Shown here one piece after another: positions 1 through 13,450 of a stretch of 64,000 nucleotides of DNA. Below the pieces are notes generated by a model. It was not told the origin of the DNA. It searched no databases and was given only the letters and a program-made list of their open reading frames with translations. Position numbers and translations under genes: made by a program. How positions within the stretch are numbered: the stretch's first letter is position 1; each line of letters begins with the position of its first letter. The stretch spans positions 62,001 through 126,000 of the forward strand of contig NW_026920017.1 in the NCBI RefSeq assembly GCF_032062105.1, written 5' to 3'. The stretch comes from Saccostrea cucullata. Taxonomy: Eukaryota.

Positions 1-660
1 ATATCCGCACCCATTCTACCCACAGTATTTCCGGAAAACTTTTTAGTTCTTCTTACGACCGATCCTCATTTAGCGGATGGAAACTTTTTTAAAGAAATGT
101 AAACATTTTCTGATGTATTAATATATCAATAAACATACTCTGAGTTTAAATCAATCTGAGGAAAATTGTCTTACAAAATGAAGATATGGTTTTGTTTGTT
201 TCTTAAATGTCTTTTCGAGAATAATTAACTCAAAGTGACCCTCGGTCATGGGTGTTTATGTCTGTGTTGTAACTCAAATTGCATATTTTGCAAACAGAAC
301 CTGCGCTCTTTTATCATATTTACGTTTCACCGGGTGCGTTCAATTTGTTAAACAGTAAACACTGCACGGATAAATTAACACGATCTGACAATACTAGTGA
401 GTTAGTTTTGCTTTCTTACAGTTCTACTCTGAATTTTCCGGATTAAAGTTTTAATATCTTTCATTGGTACAAAACAATTTCAACTTTTCCAAAGTATTGT
501 GCATTAAGTTTACTTTGTGAAAGTGAGGGGATGTTTAGTTCAAACGCGTCTCGAAATTCGTAAATAGAAAAATTACATAATAAAATAAGTTTTTATTTAT
601 TTTCATGTGAAATGCTATGACATCAAAATCTTGACCGGGGGATATATTTCTTTAAAACTA

Positions 661-1100
661 TACGAGGGTCGTTAAAAAATTACGCGGACTTGTTGCATAG
701 TAAAAAAACATTTGACGACATAATCGGGCAAAATGTCACACAGCATTTAAAACAATCTAAAGTTATATAGTCTTCAAAATTTCATATAAAAATGTTGTAA
801 ATTGTTATCAATTTGGAGTGATTTTTCAGGACATTTCATAATGTCACGGAGCAGCAAAATCTTCCACGTCACAGGCATTATAAAAATATGTGATTGAGTT
901 TTCATTTTCTCATCATTTTCCCAAGAGTATCTGTACAGTTTGAATAATCTTATCTTCTCAACATCCAAACACCATTTCTTGTAAGGTTTAAAATCTATTT
1001 AACAAGTAAAAATATTCTCCTTTTTTGTTTTAAAACCAAGAAATGCAGGTACGAGTATTTATGAGATATAGTGTGATATTGGTGACTCTTGATCACGTTC
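661..1100. mobile_element. Orphan left end of a mariner/Tc1-type non-autonomous element
   Basis: TA followed by TACGAGGGTCGTTAAAAAATTACGCGGAC, 25/29 identical to the TIR at 13936-13964. Shares the internal motif gtcacggagcag with 8780 and 9018. Right boundary uncertain. Confidence 0.5.
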
Positions 1101-1160
1101 TTTACAGTACGGATAAAGTTTTCATCGATAATCTTCTTCCCGTCCTCCCTATTATAGCCT

Positions 1161-3031
1161 TGTTACAACGCGAAATGTAATAACAACGCGAAATGTAATC
1201 AACCCGGATTATTACATTTTGCGTTATTACATTTCGCGTCGAGATCAACGCAAAATGTAATAACGCAAAATGTAATAACACGATTTTTAGATTATTACAT
1301 TTTGCGTTATTACATTTTGCGTCCAGATCAACGCAAAATGTAATAAGGTGCTTTTTCGTTGTTACATTCTGCGTTATTTTATTTTTGCACTGAAGACAAC
1401 ACAAAATGTAATAAAACAATATGTAATACATATATAAATATATGTAAAAAAAAAAAAAAAAATTAAGATTATTTTTTTATTGCGTATAACAATAAAGATA
1501 AAAAAAATTCATTCAAATATATACATGTAACCAACATGGGAAACACACTATAAAAATATTTAGAAATAAAACAATGAGATCAAAGCTAGGGCTTTTACGG
1601 ACATAAATACATCTAAATGTATCGTTTTACTGACTCTGATTTTGTTATATTGGATACACTGTGCTTAATTATACAGAGGTAATTTAACTTTGATTGGGAT
1701 AATATTATTTGATAGTTTGATTTTTGATTAAATTTATAACCAATAACACATATTCAATTACCAAAGAGTGACCATAGGTTCATTAAAAGCCCTTGATATG
1801 CATGTTCGGCACGCATACATTGGTTAACAAATTAGAAGTGTATGTGTGTTTCAAGCGAGGGGGGCGGGGATAGAGTGGGGTGTTTACTTCGTATGTTTAT
1901 TACTGTATTACTGTGGACACGCAGAGACAATCCATTTTATCATTGGATGGAAAAAGAGAATTTTGTTTTTGCTTTCTGCAATGCTGGTGATTTGCATGGA
2001 ACAGTTACATGTATATATTTGAATCAATTTTTTTAAAATCTTTATTGTTATACGCAATAAAAAAATAATCTTAATTTGTTTTTGTTTTTGTCTGGGTTTT
2101 TTTTTTACATATATTTATATATGTATTACATATTGTTTTATTACATTTTGTGTTGTCTTTAGTGCAAAAATAAAATAACGCAGAATGTAACAACGAAAAA
2201 GCACCTTATTACATTTTGCGTTGATCTCGACGCAAAATGTAATAACGCAAAATGTAATAATCTAAAAATCGTGTTATTACATTTTGCGTTATTACATTTT
2301 GCGTTGATCTCGACGCGAAATGTAACAACGCAAAATGTAATAATCCGGGTTGATTACATTTCGCGTTGTTATTACATTTCGCGTTGTAACAATGGTATCA
2401 TTATTGTCAATAAACCCCTTCCCGCTCTATATTATTTTACATCTACCAGTACAAATTAAATATTTTTTTTTTAATTCATTGCATTTGTCTATTGAAAAAA
2501 GCAAAAACATACTGATCAAATTACCCCCCAACAACCCTGCCCACACATGCATGTTTCTAATTTGCAACACCTATACTTTAAATACATTTATTAAATTGAT
2601 TTTTATACATGTAGCTAATTCAATCAATATATTATAAAATCTATTAATTGTCAGAAATTGCATATATCTATTTTTTCCTTTTGATTTATTTTCTTTTCAT
2701 GGACACTATTGAAAACTGTACTCAATCTGGCTGACGAAAAAAAAGTGTTATTACATTTTGCGTTCTTGCTTTTTGCTTAATCTCGACGCAATATGTAATA
2801 ACGCAAAATGTAATAATCCAAAAATCGTGTTATTACATTTTGCGTTATTACATTTTGCGTTGATCTCGACGCAAAATGTATTAACGCGAAATGTAATAAT
2901 CTTTAGATGTGTGTTGTTACATTTTGCGTTATTACATTTTGCGTTGATTTTGACGCAAAATGTAATAACGCAAAATGTTATAATCCAGGTTTATTACATT
3001 TCGCGTTGTTATTACATTTCGCGTTGTAACA
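1161..3031. mobile_element. Non-autonomous TGT..ACA DNA transposon with long repeat-built TIRs, 6-bp TSD and an extra internal right arm
   Basis: Ends TGTTACAACGCG / CGCGTTGTAACA; TSD TAGCCT at 1155-1160 and 3032-3037. The left arm 1161-~1530 is a near-perfect inverted copy of ~2003-2391; a second, more diverged right arm lies at ~2746-3031. Confidence 0.85.
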
Positions 3032-3819
3032 TAGCCTTTTTACAGAGGTATATTGGTCTAAAATTTCGATTGCTATTTTTGGACGAATGACACGAATACC
3101 CTAGTTAACTACGTGTTTTAAAACGCATATCTCGGATCTATGTTGGCGATATGTCGAGCATTACACATAATTTAACAAAATGTGGTGCGCAGTCAATTAA
3201 GGAGACGTCATTTTCACAGTAATTTTCACGGGAATCTCATCAGAGAAAAATCAATATATTTCTGTTAGTACTTAAAATATCACGTCAGAAATCTAAATAT
3301 ATAGTAATAAAACAATTTAAAGATACATCTGAGAAAATTGTCAAAAAATATCTTGAATTTTAGAAAAGACATATCCTTCTTCCACTCTGCAATGTGCAGC
3401 AAAAGGGCACATGGATGAATTCCGAAATTAAAACTAAACAGAATATTGAAAAGGTTCTTTGTTTACTTTTTTTATCAAAAGTACTGATTGAATAAAAGTT
3501 TTTTCATTTATACTGAAGAGGAGGATATTACTAGTAAATGTATACGCAGCCCTCAAGATCATTTCTGGTTATCCAAACATTAGTTCGCGAGTAGACGAAG
3601 GGGGACAACATTTCTTTGGAGTGCGATCAAACGGAAAGGAGTAAAATTCAGCAAAGAGCTACATCAGGTTAATTTAAGAAGTCAAACTATGAGTAACGTG
3701 TCTTTCAGATATTATGAAGTACCATCATTTAAAATAAAAATGAGCATACATGCATGAAATATGATTCATAGCTTAATTTGTTATATCCTTAAATGGTTTT
3801 TATTGAAATGCCCTCAAAG

Positions 3820-4226
3820 TTAGAGGTGGAGTGGCTTTCCAAGCATATATGTCAAAACCTGAATATGATACTCGATGGTACCAGACAGTTATTTTCAACA
3901 TGATTGTCACAAACATTGGCGGATATTAAAACCAATCCAAAGGAATCTTCAAACCACCAGGTCAAGGGGTCTACGTGTTCTCATGGACTCTGTTTTGTAT
4001 TTCCAATAAATATATATATTCAGTTTTGATGGTAAATTACAGCATAAAAGGTGGAGTTATGTGTTCATCAGATGCCGTCATTAAACACAGCACAGGTATC
4101 GTTGTTGTCGAGGTCAATAAAGGAGATAAAGTGTACATCCGTACAGGTCAAATTAATGGCCCGATATATGGAACCGGTAATATACAAGCGTCATTCAGCG
4201 GATCCGATGGATTATTTTCTAATTAA
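3820..4226 (+). pseudogene. C1q-domain-containing (C1qDC) terminal exon with premature stop
   Basis: Translation in frame from 3819 gives VAFQAYMS..TVIFNMIVTNIGGY*NQSKGIFKPPGQGVYVFSWT..STGIVVVEVNKGDKVYIR..ASFSG, a full gC1q pattern. TAA at 3927-3929 replaces the conserved Tyr. AG acceptor at 3818-3819; AATAAA at 4255-4260. Confidence 0.85.
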
Positions 4227-6304
4227 AAGTAATTTTTAAAAATGTTTAATTGGAAATAAATGAAGAGTCTTTCTTTATTTTATTTCTTTGTTTTAATAAG
4301 AGTCTTTCTTTTCAGGATCCTTAGAAATTCTGTCGTATATTGAATAACTTATCGACAGAGCAGATATTATTTTCTTTTTAGAGAGACTGGTAAATTCTAA
4401 TTTCATGATAATGAGAGCAATTCATTTTTTCATTGTCTTCTACATAAAGAGGGGATAGACACTAAATCAAATACAGCTGATTAATTTCATTGCGTTATAA
4501 TTAAACTGATAAAGTAATGTCCAATATTAATATTGGTATATGTATATGACTTAGTCGTGTACAGTGATATTGAAAACATGTTAATATTAAAATATATTTC
4601 TATGAAGTTACTGAATTTATCTATAGGGCTTGAAGACAGTTGTATGATTTGTTCTTTAATTTCGGTTTGTATGTCAATTGCAAATATTTACAGATTTAAC
4701 AAACAACAGAATGCATACATTTCTTTTGATTAAAAGAAACTTTATTTGGGTTGTTTTTTTTTTTTTTTTGGCAGTATTTTAGAATAAAATTTAAATCTTT
4801 GTCGTCAATAAAATAATAAAATAATGGTTCTCAAATAACTCCGAAGTGTCCTAAATATTTCTTATGCAAAAATAGACCTGATTTTAAAGAAATACATTGA
4901 TTTTAATTTACTAAATATATAATGCTGTCCATTTTTATATTTAAAAAATATTTTTTAACAGGTCGAGGAACAATAGTTTTATTTCAAAATATGTTTTAGA
5001 CATCAACAACTATCTGTAGGCTACATGTGAAAACATCAAATTAACATTCTAGTTATTAAAATGATTTTTCTTACAAATATGCATGCATATATCGACATGT
5101 AAAAGTTTTATTGGAGGGGGGTGGCTGTAGGTTGAGGGGATGACGGACTTTCTATTAAAAAAAGAAGGGTAATCTTTTTTTAAAAAGCACCGTTTATGTC
5201 CCGATATTTATTATATGAGCTGTTGGCTGTCAATTAAAATCAATAATGCTGCAGCAGAAGTGGAGACCGGGTCCAAAAATAAATGGTTTGTGCCAATCGT
5301 CTGTTTTATCACTTAGTGATTTGATGTTCATTCCACTTCCACAATATTTCCGGTCACTCCAGTACTGTGAAACAATCTTGCATTTGCTGTGTGTTGGTAA
5401 ATGAATGTGGTTAAAAATGTACCATCTGTAAAAAAAATTCATGATTATTTGCAACAAATTTCTGTAAAGGAAAGAAAAAACAACTAAATCAGTATGACGT
5501 AAAATACAAACCTTTGTAAAAGAACCTCCTGGGGACACCATACCTCTCGTTTGAAGGACCGCAACCGTTGTTGTAGTTCTTATATTCTTTTATTAACACG
5601 GCAAGAAAATTTCTAACAAGAAGCGTGAGGACGACTTTCATCTTTTTTTTGGAAAATATTACTGCTTCAATTACGATTGAAATTATTCATTAACTTATTT
5701 TCTTTTTTGTTAGGATTCTATTTCTACGTCATGTATATTTTCTTAAAGTTTAAGTTTTGAATTAAGATAAATAAATGAAATATTTACTGGTACGCCGGAG
5801 ATAATGAACAATGATGAAGCTCAAAAATCCACTGAAAGATTACTAACGGTAAGCAGTGAATAGCAACCTCTTAAAAAATTTCAGCAGTTATCAGATGCTA
5901 TAGGGGATTTAATCATCGCCAGTGTAAAATATGGTGATTTCTTTACCGCAATTTGTTTCTGACAAAACTGTGCCAAAAACATTTGTATTTGAAATAACTG
6001 CATTAAATATTTAATATTTTCTTTAAAATCTAGAGAATTGTTTGTTTTGTTATCCTTAAACAATATAAAGAGTTTTATACGTAAAACACATGTACCCCAA
6101 TCGATTCCACGTTTGCAGAACTCATAATTTAGCTTTATTTTATCTTAAGTTTATAATAGAGAGATACCTTATCTGTATACATTAAGTGTCCTTTCATATA
6201 AAAAAAGCCAGAATCTTTGTTTATTTTCAGTTCTTTAACTCTTTACAACTTGCTGAACTGTTATGCAACAAACACTTAATGTTCACGTCATAGAAATAGA
6301 TATT

Positions 6305-6515
6305 TACCATTTCCCCGCAAGCACCTTATAGCGAGGTACAGGTTTCTCTAAAGTTTAGCGTAAATAATATCATGACGTAATATTTTGATACAAATATAGC
6401 ATTTCTTATTTGATGAGAATATTGCAAGTATAAAATAGAAGGAAATTGGCATTAAATTTGAGATTAAATGAACTTTTTAAAGTGCGTGAAAATGCGTGAT
6501 TGCGGGGAAACGGTA
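6305..6515. mobile_element. Small TA-flanked MITE (Tc1/mariner/pogo-type)
   Basis: taccatttccccgcaagcac pairs with gtgattgcggggaaacggta as imperfect TIRs; an extra copy of the right arm lies at ~6563-6580. Confidence 0.55.
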
Positions 6516-7611
6516 TATGCGTGATTTTGCGTTAGGAATAGAAAATGCTATATACGTTAAAATGCGTGACTGCGGGGAAGGGGGTTAAAGCTAACGTTAT
6601 CTGCCTCAGCCAAAGAGTGCAAATACACAAAAACGTGTTACAATCTTATTTTACTGCAATTTGTGTTATGATAGTCCTATTGTTTATTCTGTAGACCGAA
6701 AATATAAAGTTGAAAAAAAATAAAAGCGGTTTTAATTTAATCGCGCCAGTCCACAAACTTATTTATACCCTTATAAATTTACAATTTTTACCTTCAGCTT
6801 AATTTCTGTGACAATGTTTAATTGTTTTCCCATCTTTACGGAAGCCTATTAGTGCCAACCTGTGTATACAAAGGAAAAGCAATATATAAGATGCAAATCA
6901 CGATTTGTAAAGGAAATGCGATATATATAAAGAAAACTTGGATATATATAAAGGAAATGAGAAATATATACTAGTTAACAAAACATCGATATATATAAAG
7001 AGAAAATTTTCCACTGCTGACCTGTATTCCTCAGCTGTTCATTAAGGATTATATACAGGGTTAATCTGCCTGGCAGGGGGGGGGGGGGTGTTTCAGGTTA
7101 ACAATAATCCTGTATTGATTTCCCAGCATCAGCAGAATTGTGCTATTTGATAGTGTTTAAATTATTTATTCACATATGCTTATATCAATAAACTGCAATT
7201 TTATCATTACTTAATATAATGTACTTAATTGAGTAGAAGAGAATTTATTATATATTCATAATGTGTTTTGTATTTTCTGTTTATTTATTGGCTTTACACG
7301 GATTTCTATCAACTTCGTTTTAAAACCTACCATGTTTACTTTTTCACAAAAATTTAGTCGTAATAAATTTGGTTTCACAATTCTAATTTCTTAGATATTG
7401 TCCAAAATGAAGTCTTTTAACAATTTCGGCCTTTAATGCCCTAATTCATATTAATTTGAATTAATTATCAAAAATATACTAGTATGCACATTTATTGTTA
7501 AAAACGAATCGGAAAGTCATGATTTCGTGAGTTCTATGGTCGAAATTATCAGCAAATGCACTTTATCTTTGAGTAAAATGCCGACTGATGTTTTTCCTAT
7601 ATACTTATTGT

Positions 7612-7796
7612 AACGGTATGAGAAGAAATTTTAGCGAGGATTTAAATTTGGCATTATTAGCGAGAGTGCAAAGATTGCTAAAATTAAATATCGCTAAAAA
7701 TTATTTGTGTTTAATTTGTAAAAGCTTCATTAATGTGCATGTAAATGTAACAAACCGCTAAATTTGCGTCTCGCTAAAATTTCCACTTACACGGTA
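7612..7796. mobile_element. Small TA-type MITE
   Basis: Imperfect TIRs (gaaattttagcgag / ctcgctaaaatttc..acggta) with internal tagcg/cgcta subrepeats. Confidence 0.55.
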
Positions 7797-7814
7797 GTCC
7801 ATTATTTACATACT

Positions 7815-7965
7815 AAATTGACGAAGAATTTTTCCCAATCATAACAAGGAGCGCACATCGGGTGATCGGTCGACAGGGCATGATCACTCCTAAATGGCAC
7901 CTGATCCCACTTCCGATGTTTTGGACTTTTGACCTTGAATACTGTTCGTTGTCTTCATTTGTTTC
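7815..7965 (+). mobile_element. 3' tail fragment of a dispersed repeat, probably Penelope-like
   Basis: Diverged copy of 39668-39870 (ggtcg.cag.g.atg.tcactcct...gcacctgatccca). Family assignment is from recalled bivalve repeats. Confidence 0.5.
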
Positions 7966-8601
7966 ATATAATAGTCCTAACAGATGTATGGCCACATCTC
8001 GGAAACAAGAGATGGTACTATCACCATGTTTTCCTAAATGTGGTAGCTGACCACTACGTGTAGTACATGTACCCACCCTCGATATTTCAGACCTCGGGAC
8101 ACAGGTCTTTGATTTCTCCGAGCCCAGTTTTTATTCATATAGTATTATATAATAGAACTAAAAACTTGAAAATCATATCTCGTAAACAAGAGATGGTACC
8201 ATCACCATTTCTTCATAGAAGTGGAAACTGAGAGGGAGATTTCGGTGTCCCCGGGCCCGATGTTTTATATATAGTATTATATAGTATTCTTAGGACTTCA
8301 GAGCAATATCTAAAAAAGAAAACTAGAGGTGATACCATTACCATATCTTCATAAAAGTGGTAACTGACAACTAGTATCCTACTCTCAATATTTCAGACCC
8401 CGGGACTGGGGACATTGATGTCCTTAGCCTGATGTTCATTCCCATGGTATTATAAAGTAGGCCTAAATCTGGAGGGCCATATCTTGAAAACAAGAGATGG
8501 TTCCTTCACCATTTTTAATAAAAGTGTCAACAGACAAACTAGTTCCCTACTCTCAAAGGGGACTTCGATGTTCCCCAGCCCGTTTTTTCACATAGTATAT
8601 A
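7966..8601. repeat. Diverged ~140-180-bp tandem repeat, continuing at 13965-14070 after an insertion
   Basis: The motif gagatggtac(c/t)atcaccat recurs at ~8009, 8191, 8327, 8494 and again at ~13992. The sequence after 13966 (ggcgtaaaaaatggagggcca) matches 8461 (gcctaaatctggagggcca). Confidence 0.7.
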
Positions 8602-10499
8602 TAAGAGTGTCATTCAAAATGTTCGTAGACTTTTTTAATAACTCTTTAAAAATTAACGTCATATTACAACCAGACTTGGTACACATATTTTAACAACAGA
8701 TTCTAATATTTTGAGTTAAAAATAGTGCATATTTTGATATTTATCACAATTATTGAAAATTTAAGACAGCAAAAATGGGGTCACGGAGCAGATTAAAAAT
8801 TGCGTTATTTAGTGATTATACACTTTAAATGCTTATAGCCATATATTTTTATAAATGACACTTTAAGGAATAAGATTTAAATACTTAAACTTTATTAACT
8901 GTTTTATTACTTCATAAGCTAAAAGATAATGAAACATCTTGCTTAGTTTAAAAGAAATCAATTTTCAAAGACAGATAGACTTGATTAAAACAGCAAAAAA
9001 ACATGACGTCGAAGGACGTCACGGAGCAGCGAGAAGCATTAACAATGTGTTTTGCGTTCGGGAAACCTTTAAAACAAACTCTGAAAATGTGGAAGGAACC
9101 ATGCAATATACATAATATGAGCCCTGCATGTGTTTTAATTGAAAATATAATCGTTGAGTAATGGATACTTTGATTCGGACGATGAACGGTCTGCATAGAA
9201 ACAGTTTATAGTTCAAAATCTTGTCAAAAAAGTTAGTAACGTCATGAAACTTTGCACATATGTGACTGCGACTGGGAAAATGGGGCCAGATGAGTAAAAT
9301 ATCGAAATTCATTTTATTGTCATTTTTAAATCACCACACTTTGAATAACACAAATTCAAAATTTCATGCAAATATCATTGAAAATAAAGAAGATACAGGC
9401 CCGTGCATGCAGGCATCTTTCAGTCATATCGTAACGTCAGTGACGTTACCGTAACGTTGTAATTAGAAAATTAAACATATCTCAACATTTTCAGTCTACT
9501 GGAATATTAAGAACAATCTCTTCTTTTTCTTTAAACTCTTCTTAAAATTTTGCTTAGATATGATGAAAATAAATTGAATCATTAAATATACTGTTATTCT
9601 TACTCATTACATATGACTGTCGAGACAATTGAATTTGATTCAGAAGACTGGCTTATTATCCTTCCAGTATTGATGACCAAAGAGAGTTCCAGCATTGATG
9701 ACCAAAGAGAGAAGGGGAAGAAAAGATGCATAATGAACAAAATAATCCAACCATTTATTTTCAATAAAATAAACTCTAGAAACATGAGCAATGCAAAATA
9801 ATTATTATAAAGATAAATATACAAATTGAAATTACATTCCAAATTAACAAGAAAATTATTATTTGTAGTTGTGACAAAATACACCAGAAATCACATGGAA
9901 TATAGAATGACAGAGTTTCTTTTACAGCTGTAAACATATTCACAAAACTATGAATAGCAGATCACTATTCTTAAAACAGACACACTGAATATTGCAAACA
10001 TGCACATTATGGATAAAATGTACTGTTATGATATTACAGATGTATGCATCTGTACTTTCTTAATATTACCAACAGTATTAAGTATAAAAATTATAGAAAT
10101 CAAATTTTGGGGGGCAGTGTGAAAATGGTATCTTTTGAAAATTAAAAATCTGTCGTTAATCATTTTGACAAAGTTTTGTAATATTTTTTGTTATACTAAA
10201 GATATCCAAAGTGCATTTGAAGGAAAATGTCACAGAGAATCAAGATACAAACATCAGTTAAGAATTTTCATACTGTTACACATTTTTTTAACTGTTGAGA
10301 TGTAACACTACTCATAGGAGACAGCTTATGTAAACAGTTTGGTAATAGTATCAATTCCAACAAATGTTGTACAGCAATGAAATTGGAAGAACAGAAAAGT
10401 ACATCAATGTAACACATTACGGGAAGTAATACAATAGGAACTACATGTATACATTTTACTTCTAATCTTTCTTACACACTTTCTTACACACAATAACTC

Positions 10500-13450
10500 T
10501 CCCTTTCATCTAAGGAGAAGACTTTTCCTTTTCCCTGAGTGTGACGTAGAATGATCAGGTGAATAAACTTTCACCTCTTTCTTTGGTACAAATGGTTTTG
10601 GACATGATGAGTCTTTAGCAGAGAGTGATAGAGAGGTACCATTGCCTTTTGGGCTCAAGACCAGGTGCTGGGATTTCTTGAGGCAGAGGATCGTTTCCAG
10701 AGGGAAGGATTTTCTGATCTTTCAAGAGATTAACACACAAAGGAACAGAATTACAGAGCTCCTTACATTCAACAATGCCAGGAGTCTCAGCACTTACTCG
10801 GAAATGATGATAGCCTCGAATGTTTTTCAAGGGTTTGAAGAACTGTTCAACGTACGACTTCCAGTCCCTAAACTGCACAGGTGTTTGTGGATCTGACACG
10901 AGCTGAGGAATGTTATGGCCTCTGCGGGATGAATGACGGACTGTGTCTGCTATATCATTCATGGTTTCTGATGTGGATGAAAGCCATTTTACTTTCCAGA
11001 CTCCAAAATGCCAGTCAGGATCAAATTTATTGTGTCCTGTCACCATCATGGAATATTCCACGGTAACATGGAGTCCTAATTGAAAGGAAATACACTCTTT
11101 TAATTTAAATACAAATGGTACATTAAGGAAGAGTTTGCATTTCTTAACTATCCAAACTGACATCATACATGCATGTAATACTTTGGGCATTTAACATACT
11201 GAATAACAAACAATGCTTTTACAAATTTTAATAATTAAAATCAAATATTTCTCATTTGATGAACACTTACCTACAAGAACCTTCCAAAGAGCATACCATA
11301 AGAGAAAGTTGTTTTTGTTTTGCCCACTGCAGTTGTCAAAATGAATGGATACTGTTTTTCTCCACATCCATGGTATTGAAAAAAGTGATGAACCATACTA
11401 ATGACAGAATGAGCACCCTTCTCTGTGTTCTCAGCCTTATCAATTAAGTAGAACACTTTTTTTGCTGGCATTTAAGGAAAAACAAAAATTTTGATCAGAA
11501 ATAAATAACTCAATCATTGACTTGTTTATTTACCTCATATACATGATTATGACAAAAATAGAATGTGTTAATATTTTGCAGCGACTATATTTTATTTCAA
11601 TAGAATTCAGAATAACTAAAAATTGTTTTATTCAGAATCACTCCCATACATGTATTATTTTACATTTAAAAGCGTATCATACCTTACATACATGTATTTT
11701 AGATTGTACTGTTTCGTCAAATATTGGATTTCCAAATAAAGGGTAATTAATGAAAAATCTTATAAGAATTACATGTACAGTTATTTCTGAATGAATTGAA
11801 GAACTAAGCAATATATCATTACTTATTAATTAACATACCTGAACCCTCACAACATACACCAAACACATTGCATTTCCGGGGCGTCTTGAAAAATATTGGT
11901 CCCACTTGTTGGGCATGATGAAGAAAATTCACTTGTTGTGCATAGTCCCAATAATAGTGCATTTCCATATCAACTGAGCATGGAGCATTTCCTTTAACAA
12001 AATAAATCATTCATGATCATTTGTGTGCATTGATAGTTACATGTATTCACAGTATTAACTATTTCACGAACAAAGAAATTCAATTTCACAGAAGAAATTT
12101 TTGCAAACACTTTGGTATGTCTGTTTTCCTATTAATACTTATAAAGGAAAAAGAGGAGAAAATGCATGACTGCATGGAATTGAACCCTTGACCCCTAGTC
12201 AGCTGGTCTACCCATTTAGCTACCCAGGCTGATAATAGTCTAAATCCAATCACATAATTATAATAGTACTTGAATGTTCATTAACTGAAAGTATACCTTA
12301 CTTGTAACTATACACTAAAGGGAAAAAAATTGCAATAAAATTTTAACTAACCAGTTTGTTTACATTCTTCTGGTAAGGAAATGAGCGCTTCCTTGCTGAT
12401 AGTACACTGGTGTCTGTAGTAGTCCCTTTGCTGCTTAGCTTGGGAAACATGCTGCGTGTATGTAAAAAGGATTTCTTCCTTTTCCTCATCATTCATATTA
12501 GAAACTGTAGACAGTTGATGAGAGAAATTTTGACAAAGCTGACACAGGTCAGTGCATGGTTTCATGATTGTAAATGGACGCAACTCATGCCAAGTTCTTT
12601 GAAATATCCTTAGGTGTATATTCTTCTGAAGTTCATTTCTTCACCTAGAATCTCATAATTAGCATGAATGTCAGCAGTTGTTGTATCCGATGGAAGAAGA
12701 AACACTTTCTCAGATTTGTAATTTGGCAGTTGGCCTGGTAGAGGCAGGGCATGGTCACTAGCATACTTAAGTAATAAATGTTTTGATTCTGTTTCTGTCT
12801 GTCACTGATAAGCCTTACTACTGTTTCCATGTGTTCTGGGCAACAAAAAAAACCCTCTGTATCCAGAGATCTGGCAACTTTCTGGAGTTTTGTTTTCTTT
12901 CAACAGCATGTACAAAACAAAATTGAACAACACACTCTGCATCCATTGAAGTAGTGCTCCTGAAATGGTGCTTCTCGTTCTTTTTCTCTGTGTTTCTTTG
13001 ACTGTGTGACAGAACAGATCGCCTATGTGCAAACATTTCAATTTTAATTATAATGTCAAGTTCCTCCCGAGTACACTGTAGACAATGATCACGAAAGTCA
13101 CAAGCTGCATCAAAGTCAATTTTGGTGCTACATGGCTACATGACATTCCATAAAACCCCTTACACCCGCTTGTGTCACTCTGAAATTTGTAACGGATTAT
13201 GTATTCCTTCATGTCGGTGTCATTAACTTCATTCTGTATATGTACATCCCCATCATTGTTGTCATTGTCGCTTTTAGGGTCAGAATCATAGTTTAAATCG
13301 TATTTGTCTCGCTGTTACTTGACAGATCACAAAACTGTCTGTCGCGCACGTTAAATTTATGAGCAACAAGTTTAGAAAAATATAATTCATCCACACACTT
13401 TATATCTTCTAAAAATTCATCATCTTGATAAATAACAATTTCTGATGGTA
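10500..13450 (-). pseudogene. Intron-containing transposase pseudogene (Sola-like)
   Basis: Fragments KPCTDLCQLC, HYYWDYAQQV..VGPIFFKTPRKCNVFGVCCEG, YLIDKAE..KGAHSVISMVHHF, DNC.GQNKN (frameshifted) and GHNKFDPDWHFG, separated by introns at ~12350-11992, 11838-~11472 (acceptor not clear) and 11270-11076. Several frameshifts and stops; outer limits approximate. Confidence 0.75.
12163..12229 (-). mobile_element. tRNA-derived SINE head in a transposase intron
   Basis: Minus strand reads gcctgggTAGCTAAATGGgtagac..aagGGTTCAATTCCatg (Pol III A and B boxes); no intact cloverleaf. Confidence 0.5.

Noticed and set aside
1102-3090. ORFs with repeated LLHFALLHFAL
   Set aside because: Translations of TIR subrepeats, not protein-coding.
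12163-12229. tRNA gene
   Set aside because: A and B boxes are present but there is no complete cloverleaf; better read as a SINE head.
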